Source: Nitrososphaerales archaeon (GTDB taxonomy: Archaea; Thermoproteota; Nitrososphaeria_A; Caldarchaeales; Wolframiiraptoraceae). From it: a stretch of 64,000 bases of DNA. The position numbers and the translations under genes were made by a program. The stretch lies in NCBI GenBank assembly GCA_023269855.1, contig JAGDWP010000050.1, positions 8,503-72,502 of the forward strand. Reading direction: 5' to 3'. Under the pieces are notes generated by a model. That model was given only the letters and a program-made list of their open reading frames with translations. It had not been told where the DNA came from and made no database searches. Of this stretch, positions 19,761-29,775 are shown piece after piece (within the stretch, counting starts at the first letter, position 1; every line of letters starts with the position of its first letter).

Positions 19761-21092
19761 CTATTCAGAGATCTCTTCTAAGACCCTGCCTTTAGTTTCT
19801 TCACCTAAAATCATGGTTGAAACTGCGGCGATAATATGTGCGAGAGCGAACACTGTGAATGCTGGCAGAAGTGCTCCACTGCTAACCTCGAATAGGTATC
19901 CAGTAATAGAGGGTGAGAGGATGCCTGCAAGTCTTCCAATACTTGCTGCAACGCCTGTTCCTGTACCTCTAAGCTTCGTGGGATAGAGTTCAGGTGTATA
20001 AGTGTAAAGTCCAGCCCAAGCACCTAAATTGAAGAAAGAGATTACAGCGCTGTATATTAGTATCAAATCTAACTGTGCCGTGGAAGCCAGCAATAGACAT
20101 CCTAACCCTGCAACTGCTAGATAAGATGCTAGGACCTTTTTTCTACCTACTTTATCCAATATTAATGCAGCACTATAGTATCCTGGAACTTGAACTAATG
20201 TTATTATTAGGACCCATTCCAAGCTTCTTACAACCTCATACTTGAAGAGTGAAGCGTATATTGATGGAAGCCAGATGAAGATTCCATGATAAGTATAGAC
20301 TAGTACAGCCCACAGTATCCAGAGAACTATTGTTCTCTTAAGATATTTTCCATGGAATAAAGTAGTGAGAGGTGTCTTCTCTGCTTCCTCAACATCTATA
20401 CTAAGTTTATCAACGTCTCCCACCAGTCTATATCTTCTAAGGATATTCTTTATATCATCAATTTTTCTTTTCTTCTCTAGAAATCTTAAAGATTCAGGAG
20501 AATACAATACTATTATAGGTATCAATATTAGAGGTATGAGTGAAGTTGCAAAGACGCTCCTCCATCCTACTTGAGGCATGATAATCCTTGCAAGGATTAT
20601 AGATAGTAATACACCGTAGACCCAAGCTGTCTCAACTATCCCGACAAATCTTCCACGATATCTGGCTGGAGGATACTCAGACATATAAACAGCGGGGATA
20701 GGTAAAGTTCCACCTAAACCGAGACCTGCAACTACTCTAAATAAAGCCATACTTGCGTAGTCCCATGCGACTCCGCATAATCCGGTGAATATTGAGCCTA
20801 TAAGCACCATCAAGATCATAGTATACTTTCTTCCAATTCTATCAGATATTATACCGCTTAGTACTGCTCCAAAGAACATTCCAAGATATCCAAAGCTTAA
20901 CAGTATTCCAGCTTCAGTTGGAGAAAGCTTCCACTCAGCTGTTATACTAGGAAGCAAAGCGCCAATAAGCATTACATTCATCGCAGTTAATCCATAGACT
21001 AATGATGAAATCGTTAAAAGAATGTAATGGAATCGAGTAAGCTTTAATCCTTCAAGTAAGTTAACCACACTTATACTCTCCCTCGACATCAT
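19761..21092 (-). CDS. MFS transporter (sugar porter/AAHS/SVOP-like)
   Basis: SDRIGRK, SEYPPARYRG, PESLRFL, PELYPTKLRG, EETKG; about 12 TM helices. Confidence 0.93.
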   Translation of the reverse strand: MMSRESISVVNLLEGLKLTRFHYILLTISSLVYGLTAMNVMLIGALLPSITAEWKLSPTEAGILLSFGYLGMFFGAVLSGIISDRIGRKYTMILMVLIGSIFTGLCGVAWDYASMALFRVVAGLGLGGTLPIPAVYMSEYPPARYRGRFVGIVETAWVYGVLLSIILARIIMPQVGWRSVFATSLIPLILIPIIVLYSPESLRFLEKKRKIDDIKNILRRYRLVGDVDKLSIDVEEAEKTPLTTLFHGKYLKRTIVLWILWAVLVYTYHGIFIWLPSIYASLFKYEVVRSLEWVLIITLVQVPGYYSAALILDKVGRKKVLASYLAVAGLGCLLLASTAQLDLILIYSAVISFFNLGAWAGLYTYTPELYPTKLRGTGTGVAASIGRLAGILSPSITGYLFEVSSGALLPAFTVFALAHIIAAVSTMILGEETKGRVLEEISE

Positions 21093-21139
21093 ATATATTC
21101 AGGCTTAGAATATTAAAAAGCTTAACCTAGATGTTCTCT

Positions 21140-21857
21140 GACCTGTTAACTTAAGCTCCATGGAAGCATTACACCTTTAATCCTTTCAATTAGGTTTATT
21201 CCTTCCTCTTGGTTAAATAAATGAAATAGGTTAAGCCATCTCCAAACGTGTTCTAGTCTGCAAACTTTCTTGCTGTAGGGGAAGTAGTCCTCAAAGCTTT
21301 CTGTTCTATCCTTTACAACTTGTACTTCTCTCTCTATTACGTTGAAGAACCAATCTCTAAATTCATATGTTCGATGAACAAGTTTTAGTGTTCTATAGGC
21401 TTCATTGTAGTAGAGAGCTCCATCAGTATAAACAGTATGTCTTCCATAGAGCTTAACTAAGCTTCTTAAGAAAAGCTCAGCCTCATAAGAATTTCTAGTC
21501 CTAGAAAGCCAAAATCCAAGGATTTTCTTTTCATAAGGTTCATAGGCTACCAAACCCATGCTTGCCTTCCAGCAACCTTCACAGCTTTCTCATCCACTAA
21601 GAAAATAGAAACTCTACAATTAACTTTAAAGAGCTTCCTAAAGCCTGGAAAACTCTGAACCCACTTCCAAACTGCTACGTAGCTCCTCTTAACGAAAATT
21701 TTAATAGCCTTCATCTTCTCTCTATAGCTTAAGCCAAGGATTACTATGTAAAGAGCGTAGAGAACTACCGAAAAGTCAGTTCTCTTCCTCTTGAAGTCTA
21801 GTTCAAACATAGGAAAAAGGTAACCCTTGGCCTATAAAACTCTTAAGTTAACAGGTC
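21140..21857 (-). mobile_element. IS6-family insertion sequence (718 bp) with frameshifted transposase
   Basis: Perfect 16-bp TIRs GACCTGTTAACTTAAG (21140-21155) and CTTAAGTTAACAGGTC (21842-21857); no target-site duplication seen. Confidence 0.88.
21146..21810 (-). pseudogene. IS6-family DDE transposase split by a frameshift near 21550
   Basis: ORF 21547-21810 (GLSYR, VWKWVQ, VDE) joins ORF 21146-21559 (AYEP, TDG, NVIER); TGGTAGCC lacks one G relative to TGG GTA GCC. Confidence 0.85.
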
Positions 21858-21875
21858 GACCATAGAGGTGATAGC

Positions 21876-22031
21876 ATGAAGAAGATAAGAGAATATCTCG
21901 AAAAAGTCTACGATATATTGGCTGACCTATTCGCTGAGCTACCACCAGTGATAGACCCACTTGGATCACTAGTAGGATTGATAACAATGCTACTATTGAT
22001 ACCGATACTATTGATGCTTCTAGGGATGTGA
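21876..22031 (+). CDS. 51-aa small membrane protein (not in ORF track)
   Basis: SD GAGGTGA precedes ATG; MKKIREYLEKVYDILADLFAELPPVIDPLGSLVGLITMLLLIPILLMLLGM has a hydrophobic C-terminus; ends 4 nt before the next gene. Confidence 0.6.
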   Translation: MKKIREYLEKVYDILADLFAELPPVIDPLGSLVGLITMLLLIPILLMLLGM

Positions 22032-22035
22032 AGGT

Positions 22036-22929
22036 ATGAAGCTTAGACCGCTAGAGCTAAGAATGAAACTATACGATGAGGTGTATAGTCTTAGGAGGCT
22101 TGGACTATCATACAGTCAAATAATAAAGATTATTCAAGAGAAGTATAATGAGAGATTAACATTCTCACATATAAGCTACTGGATAAGAGGCATCTATAAT
22201 CCCTATGGAAGAGTGATAACATTAGATGACATTAAACCGTCCAAGGAGCTAGCATTCATCATTGGTTCAATTATCGGAGACGGAAACATATTTATATATG
22301 CTAAGGAAAAGAAACATTATTATAGAATATGTCTAATATGTAAAGATTTTGATTATGCTTTAGAGTTTGCTAGGTGCCTTGAATACATTGGTGTTAACTC
22401 ACGTATTGGAAAACGACGAAATGGATGCTATATTGTTGAGGAGTACTCGAGAACGTTATGTGAATTATTGAAGAAGCCGTTAGACATTGAGAAGCTAAGA
22501 CAATATATCGAGTATAGTGTAGAGACTATAACATCGTTTCTCAGAGCATTCTGTGATAGTGAAGGATACGTGGATAGGAGAGGAAATATATATGTTTACA
22601 ATACGGACATAAAAATTCTAAACTATATCAAAGAACTACTATTGAGATTAAAAATAGATGTAACAGGACCACATCTGTTAGCAAAGAAGGGGATACCGTT
22701 CTATGATAGAAAAAGGGGAAAAACATATTATGCAAAGAAAGATGAATACTATCTCTATATTCGAGTAAATTCTAGAGGGAGGTTCGCTGAACTCATAGGA
22801 TTCACTATTAGGAGGAAGATGGAGAGACTAATGAAAGCCCTCAACCCCCACCATTCTTCTCCCTTGCTTAGTATTTTGAAGTGTCTTACGCCTCGTTCTG
22901 AAATAGTGTCAAGGTACATTGCAGCATAA
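22036..22929 (+). CDS. Free-standing LAGLIDADG endonuclease-like protein with N-terminal HTH
   Basis: Two motifs, LAFIIGSIIGDG and FLRAFCDSEG; N-terminal GLSYSQI...ISYW HTH; RFAELIGF..RRK end; no intein splice motifs. Confidence 0.85.
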   Translation: MKLRPLELRMKLYDEVYSLRRLGLSYSQIIKIIQEKYNERLTFSHISYWIRGIYNPYGRVITLDDIKPSKELAFIIGSIIGDGNIFIYAKEKKHYYRICLICKDFDYALEFARCLEYIGVNSRIGKRRNGCYIVEEYSRTLCELLKKPLDIEKLRQYIEYSVETITSFLRAFCDSEGYVDRRGNIYVYNTDIKILNYIKELLLRLKIDVTGPHLLAKKGIPFYDRKRGKTYYAKKDEYYLYIRVNSRGRFAELIGFTIRRKMERLMKALNPHHSSPLLSILKCLTPRSEIVSRYIAA

Positions 22930-23075
22930 TCACTAGAAAGATATACAGCTGACTTAAGTTCAAGAATAATTCTATCCACTATATTACTTAGGAAATAATC
23001 AAACCTAGAATTATATCTAACTATTTCTCTTCTCTCTATTTCATATCTATGAGGTCATGGAAGCTTACCATACTC
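22863..23075 (-). pseudogene. sfsA: Internal remnant of SfsA-family nuclease
   Basis: EYGKLP*PHRYEIERREIVRYNSRFDYFL..IILELKSAV...AMYLDTISERGVRHFKIL resembles the SfsA RE..SRxD..ExK..PD..RG.xH pattern; in-frame TGA at 23055-23057; truncated at both ends. Confidence 0.7.
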
Positions 23076-23158
23076 TCCCTTAATTCATTTATTAAGCTGT
23101 TTAAAAATTTAATTCTTCTATCTATAAATGACTTGTACCCTCCAGATGTAGTGTGAAT

Positions 23159-24172
23159 CTAGAGGAATTGGTCGAGGAATCTAAGTCTCTTTGCTGGGTG
23201 AGGATGTGTACTGAATATTTCCTCGAATATGCTTGGTTTCTGGTTCTTCACTTCTTCAATCAGTCTGTCAATGTTTTCTCCATATGCTTTGAATTCAACT
23301 TCAGGGTCTGATATGAAAAACGCTTTGAAATGCTGATATTTTTCTCTAACTCTTCTACTGATCCTCCCGGATGCTGCCATTATCTTTACTAGCGCTCTCT
23401 GAAGGTTTTTAGCTCCATTAAATGCTACTCTGCTCGAATGTGCATCAGCGTAGTATTCTCTCAGCCTACTCATGTAGAAGACAAAGAGATTGAAGATAAA
23501 GCTTAAGACCATTAACCCTAGGCCTAGGAGTAGTGCGAATGCTCCTCCGTTCCCTCTTTCCCGGCTTGACCCACTAAACCATCCCGATATATATAATGTG
23601 TACCCGATATAGTAGATTAATGCAGGTATAATGCTAATCATCATCATTACTATTACATCCCTATGCTTCAAGTGTCCGATCTCGTGACCTACTACAGCTT
23701 CGACTTCTTCTTGATCGAGATTTCTGAGAAGACCTCTAGTGACTGCGACCATGTTTCCAGTAAGAGGGCTACCATATGCGAATGCATTAGGTATATCTAT
23801 CTCCGCGATCATTAGTTTAGGCGGTTTATCCATTCCACTTTCCCTAGATAGTCTACCAATTATTCGATGAAGCCATGGATACTCATCTTCCCTTACCTCC
23901 CTAACCTTGTAGACAGAATTTATAATATATGGTCCGATAAGCCACTGAAACACGTGAAAGACTACGACGAATCCAAGTATTCCATACAATCCGAAGAAAG
24001 ACACACCTAAAATCGATAAGACAGCAACGAGGATAAGTGATGCCAAGGCCGTTACTAGAGCCCATACACCTATCATAGATAGTCTAAGCTTCAGCAAAGA
24101 AACTCTAGCTTCCGGTCTGGAAGTCGTACTGCTTTCTCTGTTAGACATAGTCCCTTCCCCTCTACGATGCAT
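23159..24172 (-). CDS. htpX: Membrane zinc metalloprotease HtpX (M48)
   Basis: PNAFA, HEIGH, SRLREYYAD, STHP; start possibly 24148. Confidence 0.95.
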   Translation of the reverse strand: MHRRGEGTMSNRESSTTSRPEARVSLLKLRLSMIGVWALVTALASLILVAVLSILGVSFFGLYGILGFVVVFHVFQWLIGPYIINSVYKVREVREDEYPWLHRIIGRLSRESGMDKPPKLMIAEIDIPNAFAYGSPLTGNMVAVTRGLLRNLDQEEVEAVVGHEIGHLKHRDVIVMMMISIIPALIYYIGYTLYISGWFSGSSRERGNGGAFALLLGLGLMVLSFIFNLFVFYMSRLREYYADAHSSRVAFNGAKNLQRALVKIMAASGRISRRVREKYQHFKAFFISDPEVEFKAYGENIDRLIEEVKNQKPSIFEEIFSTHPHPAKRLRFLDQFL

Positions 24173-24272
24173 ATCTTTGAAGACTTAAATTAAAACTTAT
24201 CGCGAGATCTAATCTCATATATGAGTTGTGAAAATATTTCCATCACTAGTTCGATATAGATATTGAAGAAGC

Positions 24273-25400
24273 ATGGTTAAGACAACTATATCCGTAATAA
24301 AAGCTGATGTGGGATCTATTGCTGGACATACATGCCCTAACGTAAAAATGATTGAGCTAGCAAGAGAGAAACTTTCAGAAGCAAGAGATTCTAGAATGAT
24401 TAAGAGCTTTTACGTCTACTCAATCGGAGATGATATAGGTCTCGTAATTACACATGATAGAGGAGAGGACAATCCAGAAATTCATGGACTCGCATGGAAC
24501 ATCTTCAAAGAGATCACAGAAAAGATAAGTAAACCACTTAAACTCTACGCAGCTGGTCAAGACCTACTCAAAGATGCTTTCAGTGGAAATGTTAAAGGCA
24601 TGGGTCCAGGTGTCGCAGAATTAGAATTTGAAGAAAGAGGCTCTGACCCTGTAATAGTGTTCGCAGCTGATAAGACCAGCCCTGCTGCATGGAATCTTAT
24701 ACTTTACAGAATTTTCGCAGATCCATCTAATACGGCTGGACTTGTCATAGACCCAGTCCTACATGATGGATTCATATTCGAGGTAATGGATCTAAAGGAA
24801 GGCAAGATAGTTAGATTGAAGACTCCTGAAGAAACATATGATCTATTAAGCTTGATAGGTACTATAAACAGATATGTTATCTCGAAAATCTATAGAGCGA
24901 GAGATAATGAGCCTGCTGCTTCAGCGTCTACGACAAGATTATCATACATTGCAGGGAAATATGTTGGTAAAGATGATCCCGTGCTAATTGTTAGAGCTCA
25001 ATCAGGTTTCCCGGCGGTAGGAGAAATTCTCTCAGCATTCGCTATTCCACATCTTGTTCCTGGCTGGATGAGAGGAAGCCACTACGGTCCGCTAATGCCT
25101 GTAAGCTTCAAGAAGAAACACAATATTATTAGTTACTTTGATGGTCCCCCCAGAGTTATAGCTATGGGTTGGCAGGTATCGAATGGAGCATTAGTCGGAG
25201 TAGAAGATAATGAGCCTGTAGACTTGTTCGACGACCCTGTATGGGATTATAGTAGAGAATTGGCCACGAAGATAGCATTCTACATGAGGACTATGGGTGA
25301 GATAATGCCTGCTAGAATAGAGTCGGAAGAATTAGAGTATACATCACTACCTAAGGTGTTAGAAAAACTTAAAGAGAGATTTCTTGCACCAGAGAAGTAG
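24273..25400 (+). CDS. fbp: Fructose-1,6-bisphosphate aldolase/phosphatase
   Basis: KADVGS..GH, GQDLLKDAFSGN, YVGKDDP, GWMRGSH. Confidence 0.96.
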   Translation: MVKTTISVIKADVGSIAGHTCPNVKMIELAREKLSEARDSRMIKSFYVYSIGDDIGLVITHDRGEDNPEIHGLAWNIFKEITEKISKPLKLYAAGQDLLKDAFSGNVKGMGPGVAELEFEERGSDPVIVFAADKTSPAAWNLILYRIFADPSNTAGLVIDPVLHDGFIFEVMDLKEGKIVRLKTPEETYDLLSLIGTINRYVISKIYRARDNEPAASASTTRLSYIAGKYVGKDDPVLIVRAQSGFPAVGEILSAFAIPHLVPGWMRGSHYGPLMPVSFKKKHNIISYFDGPPRVIAMGWQVSNGALVGVEDNEPVDLFDDPVWDYSRELATKIAFYMRTMGEIMPARIESEELEYTSLPKVLEKLKERFLAPEK

Positions 25401-25436
25401 GAAAAAGAAATAAGAAGAGTATTGATGAACGCTGGC

Positions 25437-25613
25437 TTAAAAGTCTTCTTTAATTATTGTTTTTCTACCATTTGCTTGGCATCTTTGAACAGCTTTCTTA
25501 ACTATTTCTTTAACAACAGAGTCTAGACCGTCTAGAGCATCAGAGGCCAGCCTTATACCTTCAGGTAATAATTCCCTAACCTTCGATTCAACAACAATTC
25601 TCTCTCTCGCCAT
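25437..25613 (-). CDS. 58-aa histone-fold protein of the truncated-alpha3 (face-to-face/DUF1931-like) type; not in ORF track
   Basis: MARERIVVESKVRELLPEGIRLASDALDGLDSVVKEIVKKAVQRCQANGRKTIIKEDF; C-terminal RKTxxxxD histone motif; GAGGA SD; pyrimidine-rich tract downstream. Confidence 0.85.
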   Translation of the reverse strand: MARERIVVESKVRELLPEGIRLASDALDGLDSVVKEIVKKAVQRCQANGRKTIIKEDF

Positions 25614-25761
25614 TCCTCAATCACTTACTAATATCTCGTAAATCCTACTAATTTAGTTTTTCAGATAAATATTGAACCTCTAATTTGGAGGTAATACATG
25701 TATATGTTTAGGAGCTATGTATATTTATGGCTTTTAATTAAATAGAGCATGGGGAGTCTAC

Positions 25762-27132
25762 ATGAGCAGCGTTGGAAAGTTTTCACCAAACGTCTTCAGA
25801 GCTTATGATGTTAGAGGTGTTTATGGGAAAGACTTAACAGATGATCTTGCTAAAGCTATTGGATTATCCTTTGCTACAATGCTGGGTAACTCTGGTGAAA
25901 TTCTACTTGGCCGTGACGTCAGGTTAAGTGGAGAGACGTTAGCGAAGAATGTTTCAGAAGGATTGAGAGAAGGAGGATGTAATGTAATAAATGTAGGGAT
26001 AGTTCCAACTCCTGTGAACTACTTTGGAGTAATCTGGTGGAAGACTAATGGTGGAGTACAAGTTACTGCAAGTCATAATCCTCCAGAATGGAATGGAATG
26101 AAATTAGTCACTTCAGAAGGTGACACAGTTTCTGAAGGAGCTGGAATGGAAGAATTAAAGAAAATGGTTCTGGAAAATAAGTGGAAGACGTCGGATAGAC
26201 GTGGGGTTGAAGTAAATAGAGAATTAGTCTCTGACTACGTAGAATTTCTCCTTTCAAAGATAAAAATTGAGAAGAGAAAAATCAGGATAGCTGTGGATTA
26301 TTCAAATGGGGCCACGACAATCGTTTTCCCGAAGATTGCAAAACTTCTTGGAATTGAGGTTATCGGATTAAATGATGAACCAAATGGCATGTTTCCAGGC
26401 CATCTCCCTGAACCAACAGAGGAAAACCTACAAGAACTAAGAGAAATTGTAAAAAGAAATCAAGTTGAATTCGGTGTTGGTTTCGATGGTGATGGTGACA
26501 GAGCAGTATTCATAGATGATAGAGGCAGAATTCTACCTGGAGACATAACCCTAGCAGTATATGTTAAACACTTGGATAGAAAAGGAAAAGTAGTCTACGA
26601 CCTAAATAGTAGTTCAGCTCTACGGCATGTAATCCTAGAAAACGGGTGTGAGCCTGTAGAGTCTAGAGTGGGTAGAGCATACATATTAAGAGAGGTTAGG
26701 AGGCTTAGAGCAGTCATAGGCGGTGAAAAAAGCAATCACTTATATTTCTCAGAATTATGGGGATTCGATGACGCGGTCTATGCGGTCCTCAAGATGGTTG
26801 AGATACTATCTAAATCAGATAAGAAACTTTCAGAAATAGTTGATACTATACCATCGTATCCCTCTACACCTATAATGGTATTCGATTGTCCAGATGAAGT
26901 AAAGGAGAAAGTAGTGGATAAGATTGCTGAAAAACTTTCAACTCAAGCATTGAAGATAAGTAGACTAGATGGTGTTAAAGCATACTTCGAAGATGGGTGG
27001 CTCCTCATCAGACCCTCAAACACGATGCCTCAGATAAAGATGTCTGCGGAAGCAGTATCTGAGGAAAGACTCAAGGAGATAGTTGAATATGGGAAAAGAC
27101 TAATCCTAGATACAGTAAAATCTTCAATATAA
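25762..27132 (+). CDS. Phosphomannomutase/phosphoglucomutase
   Basis: FRAYDVRG, TASHNP, DGDGDR, GEKS.H, RPSNT. Confidence 0.95.
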   Translation: MSSVGKFSPNVFRAYDVRGVYGKDLTDDLAKAIGLSFATMLGNSGEILLGRDVRLSGETLAKNVSEGLREGGCNVINVGIVPTPVNYFGVIWWKTNGGVQVTASHNPPEWNGMKLVTSEGDTVSEGAGMEELKKMVLENKWKTSDRRGVEVNRELVSDYVEFLLSKIKIEKRKIRIAVDYSNGATTIVFPKIAKLLGIEVIGLNDEPNGMFPGHLPEPTEENLQELREIVKRNQVEFGVGFDGDGDRAVFIDDRGRILPGDITLAVYVKHLDRKGKVVYDLNSSSALRHVILENGCEPVESRVGRAYILREVRRLRAVIGGEKSNHLYFSELWGFDDAVYAVLKMVEILSKSDKKLSEIVDTIPSYPSTPIMVFDCPDEVKEKVVDKIAEKLSTQALKISRLDGVKAYFEDGWLLIRPSNTMPQIKMSAEAVSEERLKEIVEYGKRLILDTVKSSI

Positions 27133-27198
27133 CTACATAATTACCTGAGAACGTGTAACTTGAAAATCTTAAAAAGTTTAATTTCCTAAATCTACTGT

Positions 27199-28656
27199 AT
27201 GCAACAACAAGTCCCATTTTACGGTAGCTTCGTAAATGGCGAAGTCATACTTACAGAAGAAGAGCATATCTTTAAAAATATTAACCCAGCCACTTCAGAA
27301 GTTATAGGTTACGTAAAAAGAGCCTCCGTAGATACTGTCAAATATGCTTTAGAGTCTGCGGAGAAGGCATTTGAAATATGGAGTAAGAAATCCTATCATG
27401 AACGATCTTCAATACTATTTAAAGCATCACAGATTATGAAGAATAAACGTGAGGAATTAGCTAGACTTCTTACAATTGAGCAGGGTAAGACATTGAGTGA
27501 GTCTAGGAAAGAAGTAGATGTATCTATCAGGATGATGGAATTCTTCGCGGGTGAAGCTGGAAGATTAATTGGAGAATTTGATGAAGCAGATAGAAGTGAT
27601 TTATCCACATTCTATATTAGGGAGCCCTTGGGAGTAGTGCTAGTTCTTACACCTTGGAATTATCCATTAGCGATACCTGCATGGAAGATTGCTCCAGCTA
27701 TTATGGCTGGAAACACTGTTATCTTTAAACCTGCAAGTTATACACCGATAATAGGGTTAAAGCTTGTAGAGATACTGCACGAAGCGGGGCTACCCAGGGG
27801 GGTAGTAAACTGTGTGACTGGAAGCGGGGTGGAAGCAGGAGAAATGCTAATTAGAGATAATAGGATAAAGGCTATTACATTCACTGGTTCAACTGAGGTG
27901 GGGTTAAGGATAGCTTCCATCGCGTCGGAGCATCTTGCTAGAGTACAGTTAGAGATGGGTGGAAAGAATGCATGCGTAGTATTGGATGATGCTAACCTCG
28001 ACGTATTTATGCAAGGGTTTCTCTCAGCAACCTTCGGAGTTGCAGGACAGAAATGCACGGCTACGAGTAGACTAATCATTACAAGGAATATCAAAGAGAA
28101 GGTTCTTGATAGGATTCTAGAACTCACAAAGAAGATTAGAGTTGGCAATGGTCTTAGAGAAGATGTTGACGTCGGACCAGTCGTAAGTGAATCCCAAATG
28201 GAGTCAATTCTGAGATTCATCGAGTCAGGTAAGAGGCAAGGAGCTAAACTGTTGATAGGAGGTGCGAGGCTGAGAGGTGGAGAATATGACAATGGATTCT
28301 TCATACAGCCTACCATATTTGATGAAGTAACTCCAGATATGGAGATTGCTCAAGAAGAAATATTTGGACCAGTACTCTCGATTATGACTGTAGACAGCTT
28401 CGATCAAGCATTAGAGATAGTCAATAATAGCAAGTATGGATTATCAGCTTCGATCTTTACAAATGACCTATCCAAGGCATTTAGATTCATCAAGGAAGCA
28501 AAAGTAGGAGTAACTCTAGTGAATATGCATACAAATTATAATGAACCACATATGCCATTTGGGGGAATAAAGATGTCAGGATTCGGGTTGAAGGAACAGG
28601 GGAGGAAAGCACTAGAATTCTTTACAGAAATTAAGTCTGTTTACATAAAGCCTTGA
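27199..28656 (+). CDS. NAD(P)-dependent aldehyde dehydrogenase (2,5-dioxopentanoate dehydrogenase-like)
   Basis: PWNYP, FTGST, LEMGGKN, GQKCTA, EEIFGP. Confidence 0.93.
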   Translation: MQQQVPFYGSFVNGEVILTEEEHIFKNINPATSEVIGYVKRASVDTVKYALESAEKAFEIWSKKSYHERSSILFKASQIMKNKREELARLLTIEQGKTLSESRKEVDVSIRMMEFFAGEAGRLIGEFDEADRSDLSTFYIREPLGVVLVLTPWNYPLAIPAWKIAPAIMAGNTVIFKPASYTPIIGLKLVEILHEAGLPRGVVNCVTGSGVEAGEMLIRDNRIKAITFTGSTEVGLRIASIASEHLARVQLEMGGKNACVVLDDANLDVFMQGFLSATFGVAGQKCTATSRLIITRNIKEKVLDRILELTKKIRVGNGLREDVDVGPVVSESQMESILRFIESGKRQGAKLLIGGARLRGGEYDNGFFIQPTIFDEVTPDMEIAQEEIFGPVLSIMTVDSFDQALEIVNNSKYGLSASIFTNDLSKAFRFIKEAKVGVTLVNMHTNYNEPHMPFGGIKMSGFGLKEQGRKALEFFTEIKSVYIKP

Positions 28657-28725
28657 ATTTCCATCTTCATATCTTTTTGTTATACATGCATCTTAAATAA
28701 GACGCCAGTTTACTATTAATTTGGA

Positions 28726-29757
28726 ATGTTAGCGTTAAGATTATATGGTAAAGAGGATTTAAGGCTTGAAGATGCTCCTGAGCCTACTTTGAAGAATTAT
28801 AATGCGATTCTAAAAGTTAAAGCTACGAGCATCTGTGCGACAGATGTTAAAGCGTACATGACAGGAGTTAGGACAAAGGTTCCCATTACTCTTGGTCATG
28901 AGTTTGCTGGAGAGATTGTTGAGGCAAGTAAATCTCTCAAGGATTATGTGGGTAAAAGAGTTGTTGTCAACCCAAACATTTTCGATGGCACATGTGAATA
29001 TTGCCTTTTAGGAGAGCATGTCCTATGTCCTAATAGGTACGCGATAGGAATAGATGTTGACGGCTCTTTCGCTGAGTATGTTGAGATACCTGGACAAGCT
29101 TTCCAAGTAGGTGGAGTATTGGAAATACCAGAACATCTAAGTTATGAAGAAGCTTCACTAGTCGAACCTCTAGCAGCATGCTTTAGAGGACAATTAAAAC
29201 TCAACATTCGACCTGGAGATACTGTAACCGTTATAGGCGCTGGACCAATAGGCTTAATGCATTTCCTCCTAGCAAAAGCATTCGGAGCCTCCAAGATAAT
29301 TATCAGTGAAGTTGATGACAGAAGGATAGAAACAGCTAGAAACCTAGGCGTACAATATATTGTCAACCCGATCAAGGAAGATATTGAGAAATCAATCAGG
29401 GAACTAACTGACGGCCGTGGAAGCGACGTGGTCATTGTTGCGGTAGGCTCACCTCATGCACAAAAAGATGCTTTAAAGATTGTGCGGAAAGGAGGTAGAA
29501 TAAACTTCTTCGCTGGTCTACCAGCAGGAACCGAAGAAGTACCCATAAACACTAACATCATACATTACAAGCAGATAACCGTTTTAGGAACTTCTATGCA
29601 GACCCCCATAGAATTCAAGAAGACGCTCGAACTTGTATCTTCAGGGCTTGTTAACGTCAAGCCATTAATAACTCACACATATAGTTTAAGAGAAGGCCTG
29701 GAAGCTTTCTCAAAAACTCTTAGAGCAGAAGGATTAAAGATAATATTAATTCCTTAA
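28726..29757 (+). CDS. Zn-dependent polyol/alcohol dehydrogenase (MDR family)
   Basis: ICATD, GHE, D..C..C.......C structural Zn site, GAGPIG. Confidence 0.93.
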   Translation: MLALRLYGKEDLRLEDAPEPTLKNYNAILKVKATSICATDVKAYMTGVRTKVPITLGHEFAGEIVEASKSLKDYVGKRVVVNPNIFDGTCEYCLLGEHVLCPNRYAIGIDVDGSFAEYVEIPGQAFQVGGVLEIPEHLSYEEASLVEPLAACFRGQLKLNIRPGDTVTVIGAGPIGLMHFLLAKAFGASKIIISEVDDRRIETARNLGVQYIVNPIKEDIEKSIRELTDGRGSDVVIVAVGSPHAQKDALKIVRKGGRINFFAGLPAGTEEVPINTNIIHYKQITVLGTSMQTPIEFKKTLELVSSGLVNVKPLITHTYSLREGLEAFSKTLRAEGLKIILIP

Positions 29758-29775
29758 AGAGTAGGCTGTACGTAT

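Noticed and set aside
22036-22929. Intein or intron host for the LAGLIDADG domain
   Set aside because: No N-terminal C/S or C-terminal HN splice motifs, no flanking extein and no adjacent rRNA/tRNA.
22755-22979. 74-aa minus-strand ORF as an intact gene
   Set aside because: Its first 39 codons are the sfsA remnant and the rest is antisense to the LAGLIDADG gene.
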